DNA of 64,000 nt from a bacterium (GTDB lineage Bacteria; Fidelibacterota; Fidelibacteria; Fidelibacterales; Fidelibacteraceae): positions 1,280,001 to 1,344,000 of the forward strand of contig OY781066.1 of the NCBI GenBank assembly GCA_963676395.1, written 5' to 3'. How positions within the stretch are numbered: the first letter of the stretch is position 1; every line of letters begins with the position of its first letter. The translations under genes were made by a program, and so were the position numbers. This document shows positions 9,061-19,400 of this stretch, one piece after another. The notes under the pieces are model-generated. The model was not told where the DNA came from, searched no databases, and saw only the letters and a program-made list of their open reading frames with translations.

Positions 9061-11946
9061 ATGAAGAAAGGTTATATCCTTTTTGTGGTTTGTTTGATGT
9101 TTTTTGGTGTCGCCTTTGGCGATATTGTTGGTTCTGTAAGAGGAACGGTTGTGGCGGCCGAAACCAACGAACCCTTAATGGGCGTCAATATCATGGTAGA
9201 AGGTACCTCTGTTGGTACTTTTACCGACCAAACAGGCTATTACAATATCATTAACTTACCGATCGGAGAATATAATGTCACTTATACTATGATCGGTTTT
9301 AAAAAAATTATTCAAAAAAGCGTAAAGGTCATTCGAGACCAATCAACTATTATTAATGCGCGTATGCAGGTCGAAGCCGTTCAGGGCGAGGTTGTAGAGG
9401 TCATTGCCGATCGTCCTTCTGTAGAAAAGGATGTTGTTGGTCGTAAGGTTGTGATGGAAACGGAGCAGGTGGTTAATTTACCTGTTCGCGATATGACGGA
9501 AGTTTATACGCTTCAATCCGGTATTATTGAGATCAAAACAGCCGATCTTGGTATCCCCGGGTTTGAAGAACGGGGTATCGAACAGATACACGTTCGAGGT
9601 GGTCGAGCTAACGAAACAGGTTTCATGATTGATGGTATGTATATTGAGAATCCGCTTTACGGTGGTAAAGGTAAGGGAACTCGATTAAATCAGTTTGCAG
9701 TTGCTCAGGTTGATTTTCAAACCGGCTTTTTTAATGCTGAATATGGTGATGCGATGTCCGGTATGATCAATACTGTTACTCGAACCGGTCCCTCTAAATT
9801 TTCCGGTATGTTGCGATATGAACGCTCAGATTTTGGTCCCATTTCTTCAGAACAGGATCAATTAAGAAATTTCTCAAAAATTGCCGGTGGATTTGGCGGA
9901 CCTCTTATCACCGATAAAATCAGATGGTGGACTTCTTTTGATCAAACTAATTCGGCATATGCGGTTTATAAGTTTGATGATCTTGCTTTTGATAAAGAAA
10001 ATCCACTAAGCGATTATAATGTCAATAATCATATAAATCCTTTGGATACAATTGCCGGTTGGCGTTCCTTTGGTTTTGATAACACCTTTGATATTTTTTC
10101 AAAGTTGACTTTTTTGATCTCTCCAAAGATTAGAATGAATTTGTCGCATTGGTATGTTAATTCAAATTATAAAGCCTTTGATCCCTCATATATCTATTAT
10201 GATTTGGGTAAAAATGAAGTTGAAAAAATTTCTAAACGCTATGCTATAGAATGGCGTCATCAGTTGAACGATAAAACATATTATACTGTAAACTATTCTG
10301 ATTTTACTCAAGAAATGACCATGGGTGTTAGAAACTATGATTCTGATGGCGATGGTTATCCCGATTGGGTAGAACAGCGTAATCTTGCAGATTTTTATGA
10401 TAGTACAAAAGTGCCGTACATGGATGATGGAAACGGAAGCAATATTCCTTTGGAATATGTTTTAGATGGAGCTGATACACTTTGGCGCCTGGGTGATGAA
10501 ATGAATGAATGGCTTACTGCCGAACAGTATAATCAACCTTGGGTTCTTGCTCCTTTTGTCGATGAGGATATGATTATTGAGTATCAGAACAGTCCGAATT
10601 TAAAAGCTTATTGGGCAGAATACTATTATAGTGGTGCCGATAGGTATTATCATTATACTAAGGCACGTACAAAAGAGTTGAGGTTTGATTTGACTTCACA
10701 AGTCAGTCGACATAGTCAGATAAAAACAGGAATAGATTATAAAACACATCAGATTACATTTGATGAGGTTCAGTTGCCATGGCTATCAACACCTTATACT
10801 GAAAACTATTATCGAGTACCTCAAGAGTTTGCCGGATATGTTCAGGATAAGATTGAATATCCCTGGATGGTCATCAATGCCGGTTTGCGCTTTGATGCAG
10901 CCAACGCAAATGACTCCATGTGGGTAGATCCACGCGATCCTCTTTCCGGTATGGAACCTACAAAATGGGAATTTCTCTGGAGTCCTCGCTTAGGTTTTTC
11001 ACATGTGATCACAGATAAATCAACCTTTACATTTGGTTATGGTATTTATTATCAGAACCCTACTTATCGTGATATTTACAACAATATTGATGAACGTGAA
11101 AATCTTGATCAGTTTTTTACATCTCCAAGTCCATTGATGGGTAACCCGAATGTTAGTGCTCAAAAAGTAACATCGTATGAATTTGGTATCAATACCGAAG
11201 TCGCTAGAGACTATGTTCTGGGTGCAGTTGGTTGGTCTAAAGATTATTCTAACATGAATTCAACAGAAAAGGTTCGTTCCGGATCTGTTTCATATACAAC
11301 TTTCGTGAACTATGATTACGGTTCAGCTCGCGGTGTGGATATTATTTTCGAAAGGAGACGCGGTCGTTTCCTTACCGGTAATATTCAGTACACCTATTCG
11401 CGTGCAATGGGTAATCGTTCCGACCCCTGGGAAGGATATCGAAATGGTGAAGACCCCATTACAATGCCTAAAAGAGAAGTATTACAGGATTATGATAGAA
11501 CTCACGATTTTTCAGCTCAGCTGACATTTAGATTGCCTGAGGGCTATGGTATTCCCGTTGGTAGATATCATTTATTTCAGAATACGATGACGAATTTGAC
11601 ATTTGTTGCAATTTCGGGTGCGCCTTATACACCTATCTTATCAAATGATAAAGCGGGACCTACAAACTCAGAACGTATGCCAACTTATTTTACAACGAAT
11701 TTGGCATTCAGAAAGTATATTAAGATGTTTGGATCGACTCGTTTAGTTTTGGGCTTGGTTTGTACCAATCTTTTTAATCGCATGAATGAATTGTATGTAT
11801 ATCCTCGTACCGGAACTGCAGACAATCCTGGCGGTATTGATGAAGGCTATATTCTCGATGGAATCGTAAGTTCAAGTTACTATGATCGTCCATGGTATTA
11901 TGATGATCAAAGATCCCTTGACTTCTTCCTTGAAGTCGAGTTTTAA
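9061..11946 (+). CDS. TonB-dependent receptor with N-terminal carboxypeptidase-regulatory-like domain
   Basis: Signal peptide; GSVRGTVV..EPLMGVNI..GTFTDQTGYYNI domain; plug motifs IHVRGGR and FNAEYGDAMSG; NAGLRFD; terminal Phe (LEVEF). Confidence 0.92.
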   Translation: MKKGYILFVVCLMFFGVAFGDIVGSVRGTVVAAETNEPLMGVNIMVEGTSVGTFTDQTGYYNIINLPIGEYNVTYTMIGFKKIIQKSVKVIRDQSTIINARMQVEAVQGEVVEVIADRPSVEKDVVGRKVVMETEQVVNLPVRDMTEVYTLQSGIIEIKTADLGIPGFEERGIEQIHVRGGRANETGFMIDGMYIENPLYGGKGKGTRLNQFAVAQVDFQTGFFNAEYGDAMSGMINTVTRTGPSKFSGMLRYERSDFGPISSEQDQLRNFSKIAGGFGGPLITDKIRWWTSFDQTNSAYAVYKFDDLAFDKENPLSDYNVNNHINPLDTIAGWRSFGFDNTFDIFSKLTFLISPKIRMNLSHWYVNSNYKAFDPSYIYYDLGKNEVEKISKRYAIEWRHQLNDKTYYTVNYSDFTQEMTMGVRNYDSDGDGYPDWVEQRNLADFYDSTKVPYMDDGNGSNIPLEYVLDGADTLWRLGDEMNEWLTAEQYNQPWVLAPFVDEDMIIEYQNSPNLKAYWAEYYYSGADRYYHYTKARTKELRFDLTSQVSRHSQIKTGIDYKTHQITFDEVQLPWLSTPYTENYYRVPQEFAGYVQDKIEYPWMVINAGLRFDAANANDSMWVDPRDPLSGMEPTKWEFLWSPRLGFSHVITDKSTFTFGYGIYYQNPTYRDIYNNIDERENLDQFFTSPSPLMGNPNVSAQKVTSYEFGINTEVARDYVLGAVGWSKDYSNMNSTEKVRSGSVSYTTFVNYDYGSARGVDIIFERRRGRFLTGNIQYTYSRAMGNRSDPWEGYRNGEDPITMPKREVLQDYDRTHDFSAQLTFRLPEGYGIPVGRYHLFQNTMTNLTFVAISGAPYTPILSNDKAGPTNSERMPTYFTTNLAFRKYIKMFGSTRLVLGLVCTNLFNRMNELYVYPRTGTADNPGGIDEGYILDGIVSSSYYDRPWYYDDQRSLDFFLEVEF

Positions 11947-11957
11947 GGAGTATGTAC

Positions 11958-14900
11958 ATGAAATTTATAAAAAAAATTGTATGTTTAATTTTGCCGGTGC
12001 TTGTATTTGCAATTCCTATGGAAGTCAAGTATGGTGCGTCGTTTGCAAAAAGCAGCACACCGAATCCGATCTATGAGCGTGCTAAATCATATGCTGATCA
12101 AGGTAAATTCAAAACATGTGTTTTGAATTATGGTAACTTTGTGGATCATTGGCAAGAAGATGTTGCCGGTGCATGGGGTGATTACCAATACCTTGCAAAT
12201 GTTTCTTTTATGATTGGTGTGCCCGGACAAGATAAAGAAGGAAATATTTATCCTTGGGCTTATCGTCCACACCCTGATCCTGAAAGAACAGATAGCATCT
12301 ATTGGGGTGCAACGGTTTCAGAATCTTGGTTGGATCGTACTGCGAACCAGGTTAATACAGACTGGGACGTTGTCGTTGGTTCCAAAGGAAAAACTTATTC
12401 CGGTGATATAACAGCCGGAGATTATGTTGGAGGTGTTTGGACACCTGAAAGCGATACATGGCCACTTTTGGCGACATCTATTGCTCCTGAATCCTGGCCT
12501 AAACGTGATGATGGCGAAGGAAATGAGGAAAGCTTTTGGCCCGGTTGGTATGCAATTGATACAGACCCCTCATCACCTACATATGGCAAAGAGGTTGAAG
12601 GTCGTTTTACATCTGATGTGGATATTTATCTTGAGATAGATGATGCCTATGCAGATCGCGAACCCGTATCATCTTTCAATGGTTATCCTACGGGCACCAA
12701 AGTGTTAGCTACCGTCCACTCTTATGGTCGCGCTTACGCCGAAGATATTATGTTCGTTACAATGAAAGTGGTCAACGCTTCTAATGAATATGGTTTGAAT
12801 AATGGAGAAGGATTCAACTATAAGGGAACCTATTGCGGCTTTTATTTTGATGCAGATATGTTCTCGGCATTTTATCATGGTGGTGCACGCCCATGTAATA
12901 CCAACGACGGTGATATGATGGGTTATAATGCAACCTATGATTATGCATTTATTTATGATCTTGATCAGGAAGAATGTGGCGGAGCTTATGATGTTGATGC
13001 TTTTGTAGCGGTTAAATTACTGGATACACCCAATGCATCTGATACGGTATGGACTAGTGAAACAGACTATATAGCTCCGGGTGAAGAATTGGGCTTGACC
13101 GATTGGCATTGGTTTGATTGGTATAACCGCCCAGGCGTTATTAACAAAGAAGGTTCGGGTGGTCCTTTTATTGGGAACGGAACTCAACCTGAATCACCTA
13201 AAAAAGAAGAATTGATGTATCAGTTAATGGCCGGTGATACGACCGGATTAACCGAAAAAGAAGATGAATGGTATTTTCATCCTGATAATCGTGGTGATAC
13301 TAATCCTCATTATGACAGTATGGAGGGACTTTTGTCAGCATTCCCAGATGGTTTGGATTGTGTTTGTATGATGTCGGCTGGCCCCTTTGACTTTAATGTT
13401 GGTGATACGGCAATGTTTTCATTTGCTGTTATTATGGGAGAAAATATTCCTGATCTAAACCGTAATGCAAATATGGCTCAGATCATGTATGATTTGCGTT
13501 ATCAGGGTTTTTCGGCTCCCATTGCTCCCACGGTTTCCGCTGTAAGCGAATGGAATTCTGAAACAGAAGAAATGGCGGTGCGTTTGGTTTGGGATGATGC
13601 GGCAGAATCTTCAACCGATATTGTTACTCAGTATCCTGATTTTGAAGGTTACCGTGTTTACAAATCTACCGATGGTGGTCAAACATGGGGAGATCCAATC
13701 TATGATACATATCAGACTCATGTAGGTTATAAACCTATCGCACAATTTGATTTAACCGCTGTTGAAGACATGGCTCGCTATGGTCGTGAAGTATCCGGTC
13801 AAGATCCAATGGCTCCCTGGTTTGATCTGGGAAGTAATACCGGTTTGCAACATGAATATGTTGACCATGATGTTCAGGTAGGTAAAGAGTATACTTATTC
13901 AGTTACAGCTTATGATATCGGTATTGAACCCGGTTTTACTATTGATGTTAGCTATGAAGATGTAGTAGATCCTAGCTCTGGCTTAACCTATCAGGTGATT
14001 AAGTATGATACCACTTGGTCTAAAACTAATGTTGATGAACAATGGGCTGCTTATTCCTTGGAATCTTTAGAGAATACTAAAGGAACAACGCCCCGGTCAC
14101 CTCAGTTTGTAAGAATTACTCCCTCAAGGTATCCTATTGATATCAAGGCGGAGATCGATCTGGTTCCCAGTGATAGCACGGTCGGTAATACACCAACATT
14201 AATTCGCATTGCTGAACCGAACAAAGTAATAGATCATGAGTATAAAATCACTATCGAAGCTAAGGATGCTACGGCAATTAACTTTAAGACGGGTCCATAT
14301 ATTAAAAACCCGACTTATACTGTTATAGATGTTACGGCAGGTGATACGATTGTTGAAAATCTTTCAAATAATGATATTAACCCTGATGATCCGAATACAT
14401 TTCGACCGATTTTTGATGGTCTACAAGTTGTGTTTGACAATATAGAAAGAGCAAGTGTAGATTCTGTGAAATGGGCTTCAAACCAACAGTATATTGAAAC
14501 ATCTCCTTGGTCAACCTTGCCTTTCCCACCGGCATCTGATTATGCAATTATTTTTGGTTCGGCAGATGAGGTGCTTGATACGGTACTATGGAATACACCC
14601 TTCGCAGAAAGACCTGCGCCTTTTAAAGCGATTAAACTGCCAAGTGGCGAAAGAGTTCAGATATTAGTACTTGAAGATGGTAATTCAAGAGATGATACAT
14701 TGAACTACCTTGATGATATTTCTTTCTATGAGGCAAATGTACCTGGAAGACCTGTTGGACTTTCGATTCCTACATGGGCTTTTGAGTTTTCTTGGGATAC
14801 CACGTTGGTGAAACACACAGGTTATCCGTTTACACCGGGAGACACATTGTATTTTAGAACGTTCAAACCATTTGAAGATGGTGATGAATTTACCTTTACT

Positions 14901-15236
14901 GCAGCCGATTTCTCCGAAGAAGTTGAGTTGACAGATGAGGATCTGAAACGCATTAAGGTTGTTCCAAACCCATATATGGTTTCTGCTCAGTGGGAACAGA
15001 GTGAATATGAGAAAAGAATGCTATTCACAAATCTTCCGACTAAGTGTGAAATTAGTATCTTCACCTTGACTGGGGAGTTTGTTAATAAGGTTGTTCATGA
15101 TAATGAATATGATGATTCTGAGGCGTGGGATTTAACAACCATTAACCGCCAGGAAGTAGCTCCGGGACTTTATGTTTTTACGGTTGAGCTTTCAGATGGC
15201 AGAACCCATATTGGCAAATTTGCCATTATACGATAA
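11958..15236 (+). CDS. Large secreted protein with FN3-like domain and atypical T9SS-type C-terminal domain
   Basis: Signal peptide; FN3-like segment (VRLVWDD..FEGYRVYKS..EYTYSVTAYD); CTD IKVVPNPY..FTNLP..IFTLTGEFV..WDL..APGLY..GKFAIIR; ATG 11958 better spaced from GGAG than ATG 11952. Confidence 0.75.
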   Translation: MKFIKKIVCLILPVLVFAIPMEVKYGASFAKSSTPNPIYERAKSYADQGKFKTCVLNYGNFVDHWQEDVAGAWGDYQYLANVSFMIGVPGQDKEGNIYPWAYRPHPDPERTDSIYWGATVSESWLDRTANQVNTDWDVVVGSKGKTYSGDITAGDYVGGVWTPESDTWPLLATSIAPESWPKRDDGEGNEESFWPGWYAIDTDPSSPTYGKEVEGRFTSDVDIYLEIDDAYADREPVSSFNGYPTGTKVLATVHSYGRAYAEDIMFVTMKVVNASNEYGLNNGEGFNYKGTYCGFYFDADMFSAFYHGGARPCNTNDGDMMGYNATYDYAFIYDLDQEECGGAYDVDAFVAVKLLDTPNASDTVWTSETDYIAPGEELGLTDWHWFDWYNRPGVINKEGSGGPFIGNGTQPESPKKEELMYQLMAGDTTGLTEKEDEWYFHPDNRGDTNPHYDSMEGLLSAFPDGLDCVCMMSAGPFDFNVGDTAMFSFAVIMGENIPDLNRNANMAQIMYDLRYQGFSAPIAPTVSAVSEWNSETEEMAVRLVWDDAAESSTDIVTQYPDFEGYRVYKSTDGGQTWGDPIYDTYQTHVGYKPIAQFDLTAVEDMARYGREVSGQDPMAPWFDLGSNTGLQHEYVDHDVQVGKEYTYSVTAYDIGIEPGFTIDVSYEDVVDPSSGLTYQVIKYDTTWSKTNVDEQWAAYSLESLENTKGTTPRSPQFVRITPSRYPIDIKAEIDLVPSDSTVGNTPTLIRIAEPNKVIDHEYKITIEAKDATAINFKTGPYIKNPTYTVIDVTAGDTIVENLSNNDINPDDPNTFRPIFDGLQVVFDNIERASVDSVKWASNQQYIETSPWSTLPFPPASDYAIIFGSADEVLDTVLWNTPFAERPAPFKAIKLPSGERVQILVLEDGNSRDDTLNYLDDISFYEANVPGRPVGLSIPTWAFEFSWDTTLVKHTGYPFTPGDTLYFRTFKPFEDGDEFTFTAADFSEEVELTDEDLKRIKVVPNPYMVSAQWEQSEYEKRMLFTNLPTKCEISIFTLTGEFVNKVVHDNEYDDSEAWDLTTINRQEVAPGLYVFTVELSDGRTHIGKFAIIR

Positions 15237-15248
15237 AGGAGAGCGAAG

Positions 15249-16298
15249 ATGAATATTATTAAACGATCAATCATCTTATTGGCCGTTCTGAGTCTAAGCT
15301 TCCTTTTTGCTCAGACAGATCCTATAGATATTCCTACCGATGTTTCTAAGGTAGGTACACACGCTGCTCAATTTTTAAAATTGGAAGTTGGTGCAAAAGC
15401 TGCTTCATTGGGTGGTGCGTATGTCGCGGGTGTAAGTGATCTTACTGCATTGCATTGGAATCCAGCCGGTTTATCAAAGGTTGGCCAACAGTCGGTATAT
15501 GGAACTTATATGAATTTATATGCAGGTATTCAGCATGGTTTTGTGGCCTATGGTACGCAGCTCGGCCGCTCTGATTACTTTGGAGTAAGTGCTACATACT
15601 TAAATTCCGGTCAAATGGAAGTAACAAATATAAATTTTCCCGAAGGCTCGGGACAGTTCTTTTCTGTTAGCGATATTGCCATTGGTTTGAGTTATGCAAG
15701 AAATCTAACCGATCGCTTGAGTGTTGGCGCAACCGTTAAATTTGTGAATGAAACGATTTGGCGTGAAAGCGCTTCAGCATTTGCTTTTGATATTGGTTCA
15801 CAGTTTGATACAGGTATTCTTGGAATTAAGCTTGGAATGGCCGTAACGAATTTCAGTACAAAATTTCAATTTCACGGTCCCGACTTGTTAGTTCCCGTAG
15901 ATACTGATGATCAATATGCTGGTAATCCCGAAACTGATGCGTATTTGGCAACAGAAGAATGGGCTTTGCCTTTAGTGTTCAGGCTTGGTATTATGGTTGA
16001 CATGGTGGGGCCAAATTCAGAGATCTTAAAAAATCGTGATCACCGGGTAACATTTTCATTCGATGGAAATGATCCATTGGACCATTATTTGAGATTCAAT
16101 ACGGGAATGGAATATTGCTTCCAGGAAATGTTCGCATTGCGTATGGGATACCACCTAAACTATGATAAGGCTTCCTTTTCAGCCGGTGTAGGCTTGAAAA
16201 TGAATGTTAATAGTATGCCTTTGAATATTGACTATGCTGTAGTAAATTATGGTACTTTAGGACTGGTTAATCAGGTAAGTATTCAAGTAGGAATATAA
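15249..16298 (+). CDS. PorV/PorQ family outer-membrane beta-barrel
   Basis: AQFLKLEVGAKAASLGGAYVA..DLTALHWNPAGL signature; alternating beta-strand pattern; signal peptide. Confidence 0.88.
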   Translation: MNIIKRSIILLAVLSLSFLFAQTDPIDIPTDVSKVGTHAAQFLKLEVGAKAASLGGAYVAGVSDLTALHWNPAGLSKVGQQSVYGTYMNLYAGIQHGFVAYGTQLGRSDYFGVSATYLNSGQMEVTNINFPEGSGQFFSVSDIAIGLSYARNLTDRLSVGATVKFVNETIWRESASAFAFDIGSQFDTGILGIKLGMAVTNFSTKFQFHGPDLLVPVDTDDQYAGNPETDAYLATEEWALPLVFRLGIMVDMVGPNSEILKNRDHRVTFSFDGNDPLDHYLRFNTGMEYCFQEMFALRMGYHLNYDKASFSAGVGLKMNVNSMPLNIDYAVVNYGTLGLVNQVSIQVGI

Positions 16299-16331
16299 AT
16301 AAAGAAAAAAACTTGAGAAAGGAGAACTCAC

Positions 16332-19205
16332 ATGAAACGTGTAGTTGCTTTGTTATTGATTGCTTCTGTTGTATTGTTTGCAGCAGTAGCTCCTCAAAGT
16401 TCTCTCAAGAACGCCAACGAATTACAACGGGTAAAAACAACAACAAATGCTGTTGCTAAAACTACTCCCGTAATTAATTCGGATGTAAAAACTCGTGATA
16501 TCAATTTAAGTAATGCTCCGGCATTAGCAGTTGATCCATCAGTTGTTACAATTGTGTATCTTGAAGACTTTGAAAACGGTGCTAATGGTTGGACTCAGTT
16601 CGACGGCACAGCTCCCGATCCTCTTGCTGAATGGCATTTGGATGATTTCCAAACCGGAGACTCGCTATGGTGGTGTGGAGCTTACTCGGTGGGTGGTTAT
16701 TTGAGTAATTGGAATGTTGCTCTTGAAACTCCTGAAATTGTTTTGACTGCTGGAGATTCAACGCTATCTTTTCAATTGAATCTTCACGTTGAAAGTCCGG
16801 GCGGTGAGCCTGAGGGTTATGATGCCTGGGATGGAGCTAACGTTCAAATCACAAACGATGGTGGTGCCACTTGGACAGTTTTAAATCCAACAGGCGTTCC
16901 TTATAATGCTTCAAGCTTGTATTCATTCGGATATATTTTCGAGATGGGTCCGGGACAACCCGGTTGGGCCGGTGCCGTTTCCGGTGAAGCAGAAGTTGAT
17001 CTAGGTGCATATATTGGCGATACTGTAAAACTTCGTTTTGTATTTTGTTCTGATGGTGGTTTTGACGCAAGTGATGATGGCAGCATGTTTGGCATGGAAA
17101 TTGATTCGATTGATGTTGCCGGTGACGCAACCTATAATGGTTCGGTAACCGATGGTTTAACATCAGTATGGGCCGGTCCTGTCGCTTCGGGTGCATACTG
17201 GGCAATTGAAGATAGAGTTGATTCTATTCCTTCGCCTACACATGTTCTTCGTAACTGGGTAAATGGCGATACAACATATGCTCGTAATCTTGAAGATTAC
17301 TACGTGTCACCTACAATCACTCTTCCCGATGAACCTGCAACATTGATCTATTGTGATTTTGATTTTTGGGCAGATTTTCAGGATGAAGTTGGTGAGTTTC
17401 CCGCCACAGAATATTGGCGTTTAGAATATTCTACGGATGATGGTGAAACTTGGTTCGGTATTTCTGAAATAGAGGGTGAAAACTTTGTTTATAGTGAAAG
17501 AATTCCCCAATGGTATGCTTTTACCACCGCATATGATGCATCATGTAATCTAACTGATTTTGCAGGTCAAGATATAAAATTTCGTTTTTACTTCCGTTCA
17601 GATGAAGATAAACCCGGTGGTCAGGGCCTGATGATAGATGATTTTGTTGTTTATACAAAGCCAGATCTTCCTATTCCGCAGAATGTTACCGCTACCCTTA
17701 ATGCCGGTGATGTAGATGTTGCATGGCAAGATATGAATGCTACTTATCAGCTTCCTAAATCATGGATGGGGCTAGAAGCCGTTGATTATGCTTATTATAT
17801 GCCCGGTGCTTCAGGTGCTTTTTCATCTTTACCGGATACCACTGGTAGTTCTTGGGCAATGTCATATTCCACCGATGGAAAAGATATTACATTTACAAGC
17901 TTAGATTATGTTTTTGCTAATAATAATCCTAGTAATGATAGTGTTCAAATCGTTCTATGGGGAATTGATACAGCCGGATATCATCCATTATATATTTCTG
18001 ATGTTTTTGTTCCCGATGCTGTAACATCTCAGCAATCCATTGACATATCTTCAGAAGGTGTGGTTTGGAATGGCGATTTTGAAGTTGAAGTGTTTTGGGT
18101 TTCAAATTCTACATATCCTTTGACATTTGCTGGAGATGGGGAAGGTACAATTTATGTCCCGGGTGCCGGTTATTATAGTGTTAGCTATTCAGTGCCATTT
18201 GGAGCTTCCGGATACGGTGAAGTTACATATAGTGGTCTAGAATACAATCTGTTCCGTCGCGTTGCTTCACAATCTGTTCCTGTTGAAATTGCAACTGGAT
18301 TGACTTCAAATTCATATACAGATGAAGACGCTGATAATTTTGTTGAATATGAATATACAGTAGCCTGTGCAACACCTTCTTTTACCGGTAACGTTAGCAG
18401 TGGTGCTTCAGTATTTGTATATCCTCCTGACGTAGAAGAGGCAAAACACGATGATGGTACTTTTGAAGCTGTTTGGGCACTTGGCATGGACACAACAGTT
18501 GTTGTGAAAATTACTCCTACAGCATATCCCGCAACACTTGAAGCTGTTCGTTTTAATGCTTTGTGGGCCGGCGATGCCTATAAAATAAAGATCTTTAAAG
18601 ATGATAACGGAATGCCCGGTGATTCATGGTTGATGATCGAACCTCCTGTTACAGCTATTGCAGGTTGGAATGCATTTAGTGTTCTCAATCCTTTGACTGT
18701 TGATAACGGAAACGGTGTTGTACTTCGTGATGGTGAATCCTGCTGGATTGGTGTTAAAGGTGCAACAGCTGCTGAGCGCGCTTGGCTTGCTGCAGATACA
18801 AGTTCATTTTCCGGAATGGCTGCAATGCAGGTACCTGGTGGCGGTTGGGCTTCAGTAGCACCATTTATGATGGCTAACCCCATGATCCGTGGTTATTTTG
18901 ATACAAGTATCGATACAACTTCAATCGAAGATTTTGTACCGACAGAATACGTTCTGAATCAGAACTATCCTAACCCCTTCAACCCCGTTACTACAATTCA
19001 TTTTGAATTGAAAGAAAGTGGCATGACAAAAGTAGACATCTTTGATGTTGCGGGTCGTCACGTACGCACTCTTTTGAACGGTACTGTTGATGCTGGTGCA
19101 TATGATCTGAATTTTGATGCTTCTGCATTATCAAGTGGTGTTTATTTCTATCGCTTGACTTCAGGTTCTTTCACCGATATTAAGAAAATGTCATTGCTTA
19201 AATAA
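16332..19205 (+). CDS. Secreted T9SS type A CTD protein with two jelly-roll/adhesin-like domains and FN3
   Basis: Signal peptide; YLEDFENG..W; duplicated units (ITNDGGATW..VKLRFVF and STDDGETW..IKFRFYF); CTD LNQNYPNPFNP...LSSGVYFYRL...KKMSLLK. Confidence 0.85.
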   Translation: MKRVVALLLIASVVLFAAVAPQSSLKNANELQRVKTTTNAVAKTTPVINSDVKTRDINLSNAPALAVDPSVVTIVYLEDFENGANGWTQFDGTAPDPLAEWHLDDFQTGDSLWWCGAYSVGGYLSNWNVALETPEIVLTAGDSTLSFQLNLHVESPGGEPEGYDAWDGANVQITNDGGATWTVLNPTGVPYNASSLYSFGYIFEMGPGQPGWAGAVSGEAEVDLGAYIGDTVKLRFVFCSDGGFDASDDGSMFGMEIDSIDVAGDATYNGSVTDGLTSVWAGPVASGAYWAIEDRVDSIPSPTHVLRNWVNGDTTYARNLEDYYVSPTITLPDEPATLIYCDFDFWADFQDEVGEFPATEYWRLEYSTDDGETWFGISEIEGENFVYSERIPQWYAFTTAYDASCNLTDFAGQDIKFRFYFRSDEDKPGGQGLMIDDFVVYTKPDLPIPQNVTATLNAGDVDVAWQDMNATYQLPKSWMGLEAVDYAYYMPGASGAFSSLPDTTGSSWAMSYSTDGKDITFTSLDYVFANNNPSNDSVQIVLWGIDTAGYHPLYISDVFVPDAVTSQQSIDISSEGVVWNGDFEVEVFWVSNSTYPLTFAGDGEGTIYVPGAGYYSVSYSVPFGASGYGEVTYSGLEYNLFRRVASQSVPVEIATGLTSNSYTDEDADNFVEYEYTVACATPSFTGNVSSGASVFVYPPDVEEAKHDDGTFEAVWALGMDTTVVVKITPTAYPATLEAVRFNALWAGDAYKIKIFKDDNGMPGDSWLMIEPPVTAIAGWNAFSVLNPLTVDNGNGVVLRDGESCWIGVKGATAAERAWLAADTSSFSGMAAMQVPGGGWASVAPFMMANPMIRGYFDTSIDTTSIEDFVPTEYVLNQNYPNPFNPVTTIHFELKESGMTKVDIFDVAGRHVRTLLNGTVDAGAYDLNFDASALSSGVYFYRLTSGSFTDIKKMSLLK

Positions 19206-19225
19206 GCGAATAGGACATAGATATG

Positions 19226-19259
19226 AAAAGCCCGGATGTATTTCCGGGCTTTTTGTTTT
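19226..19259 (+). terminator. Rho-independent terminator closing the lrp-TBDR operon
   Basis: AAAAGCCCGGA-TGTATT-TCCGGGCTTTT followed by further T residues. Confidence 0.9.
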
Positions 19260-19342
19260 ATGCTTTTTTAATGTATTATAGCCTGGTATTTAAACTCGTG
19301 GCTTTTGTGAAGGTTTTAAAACGGTATCTGCATATTTAGCTC

Positions 19343-19371
19343 TTTACCCATGCAAATAAATTTATTATACT
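19343..19371 (+). promoter_or_regulatory. Putative sigma70 promoter of the S8 protease gene
   Basis: TTTACC (19343-19348), 17 nt, TATACT (19366-19371). Confidence 0.4.
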
Positions 19372-19400
19372 TAGAGTCTAATCAAAAAATGGAATGATAT

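Noticed and set aside
9061..15236. Classical SusC/SusD polysaccharide utilisation locus
   Set aside because: The downstream gene has no lipobox or SusD features, is about twice SusD size, and no CAZyme is recognisable
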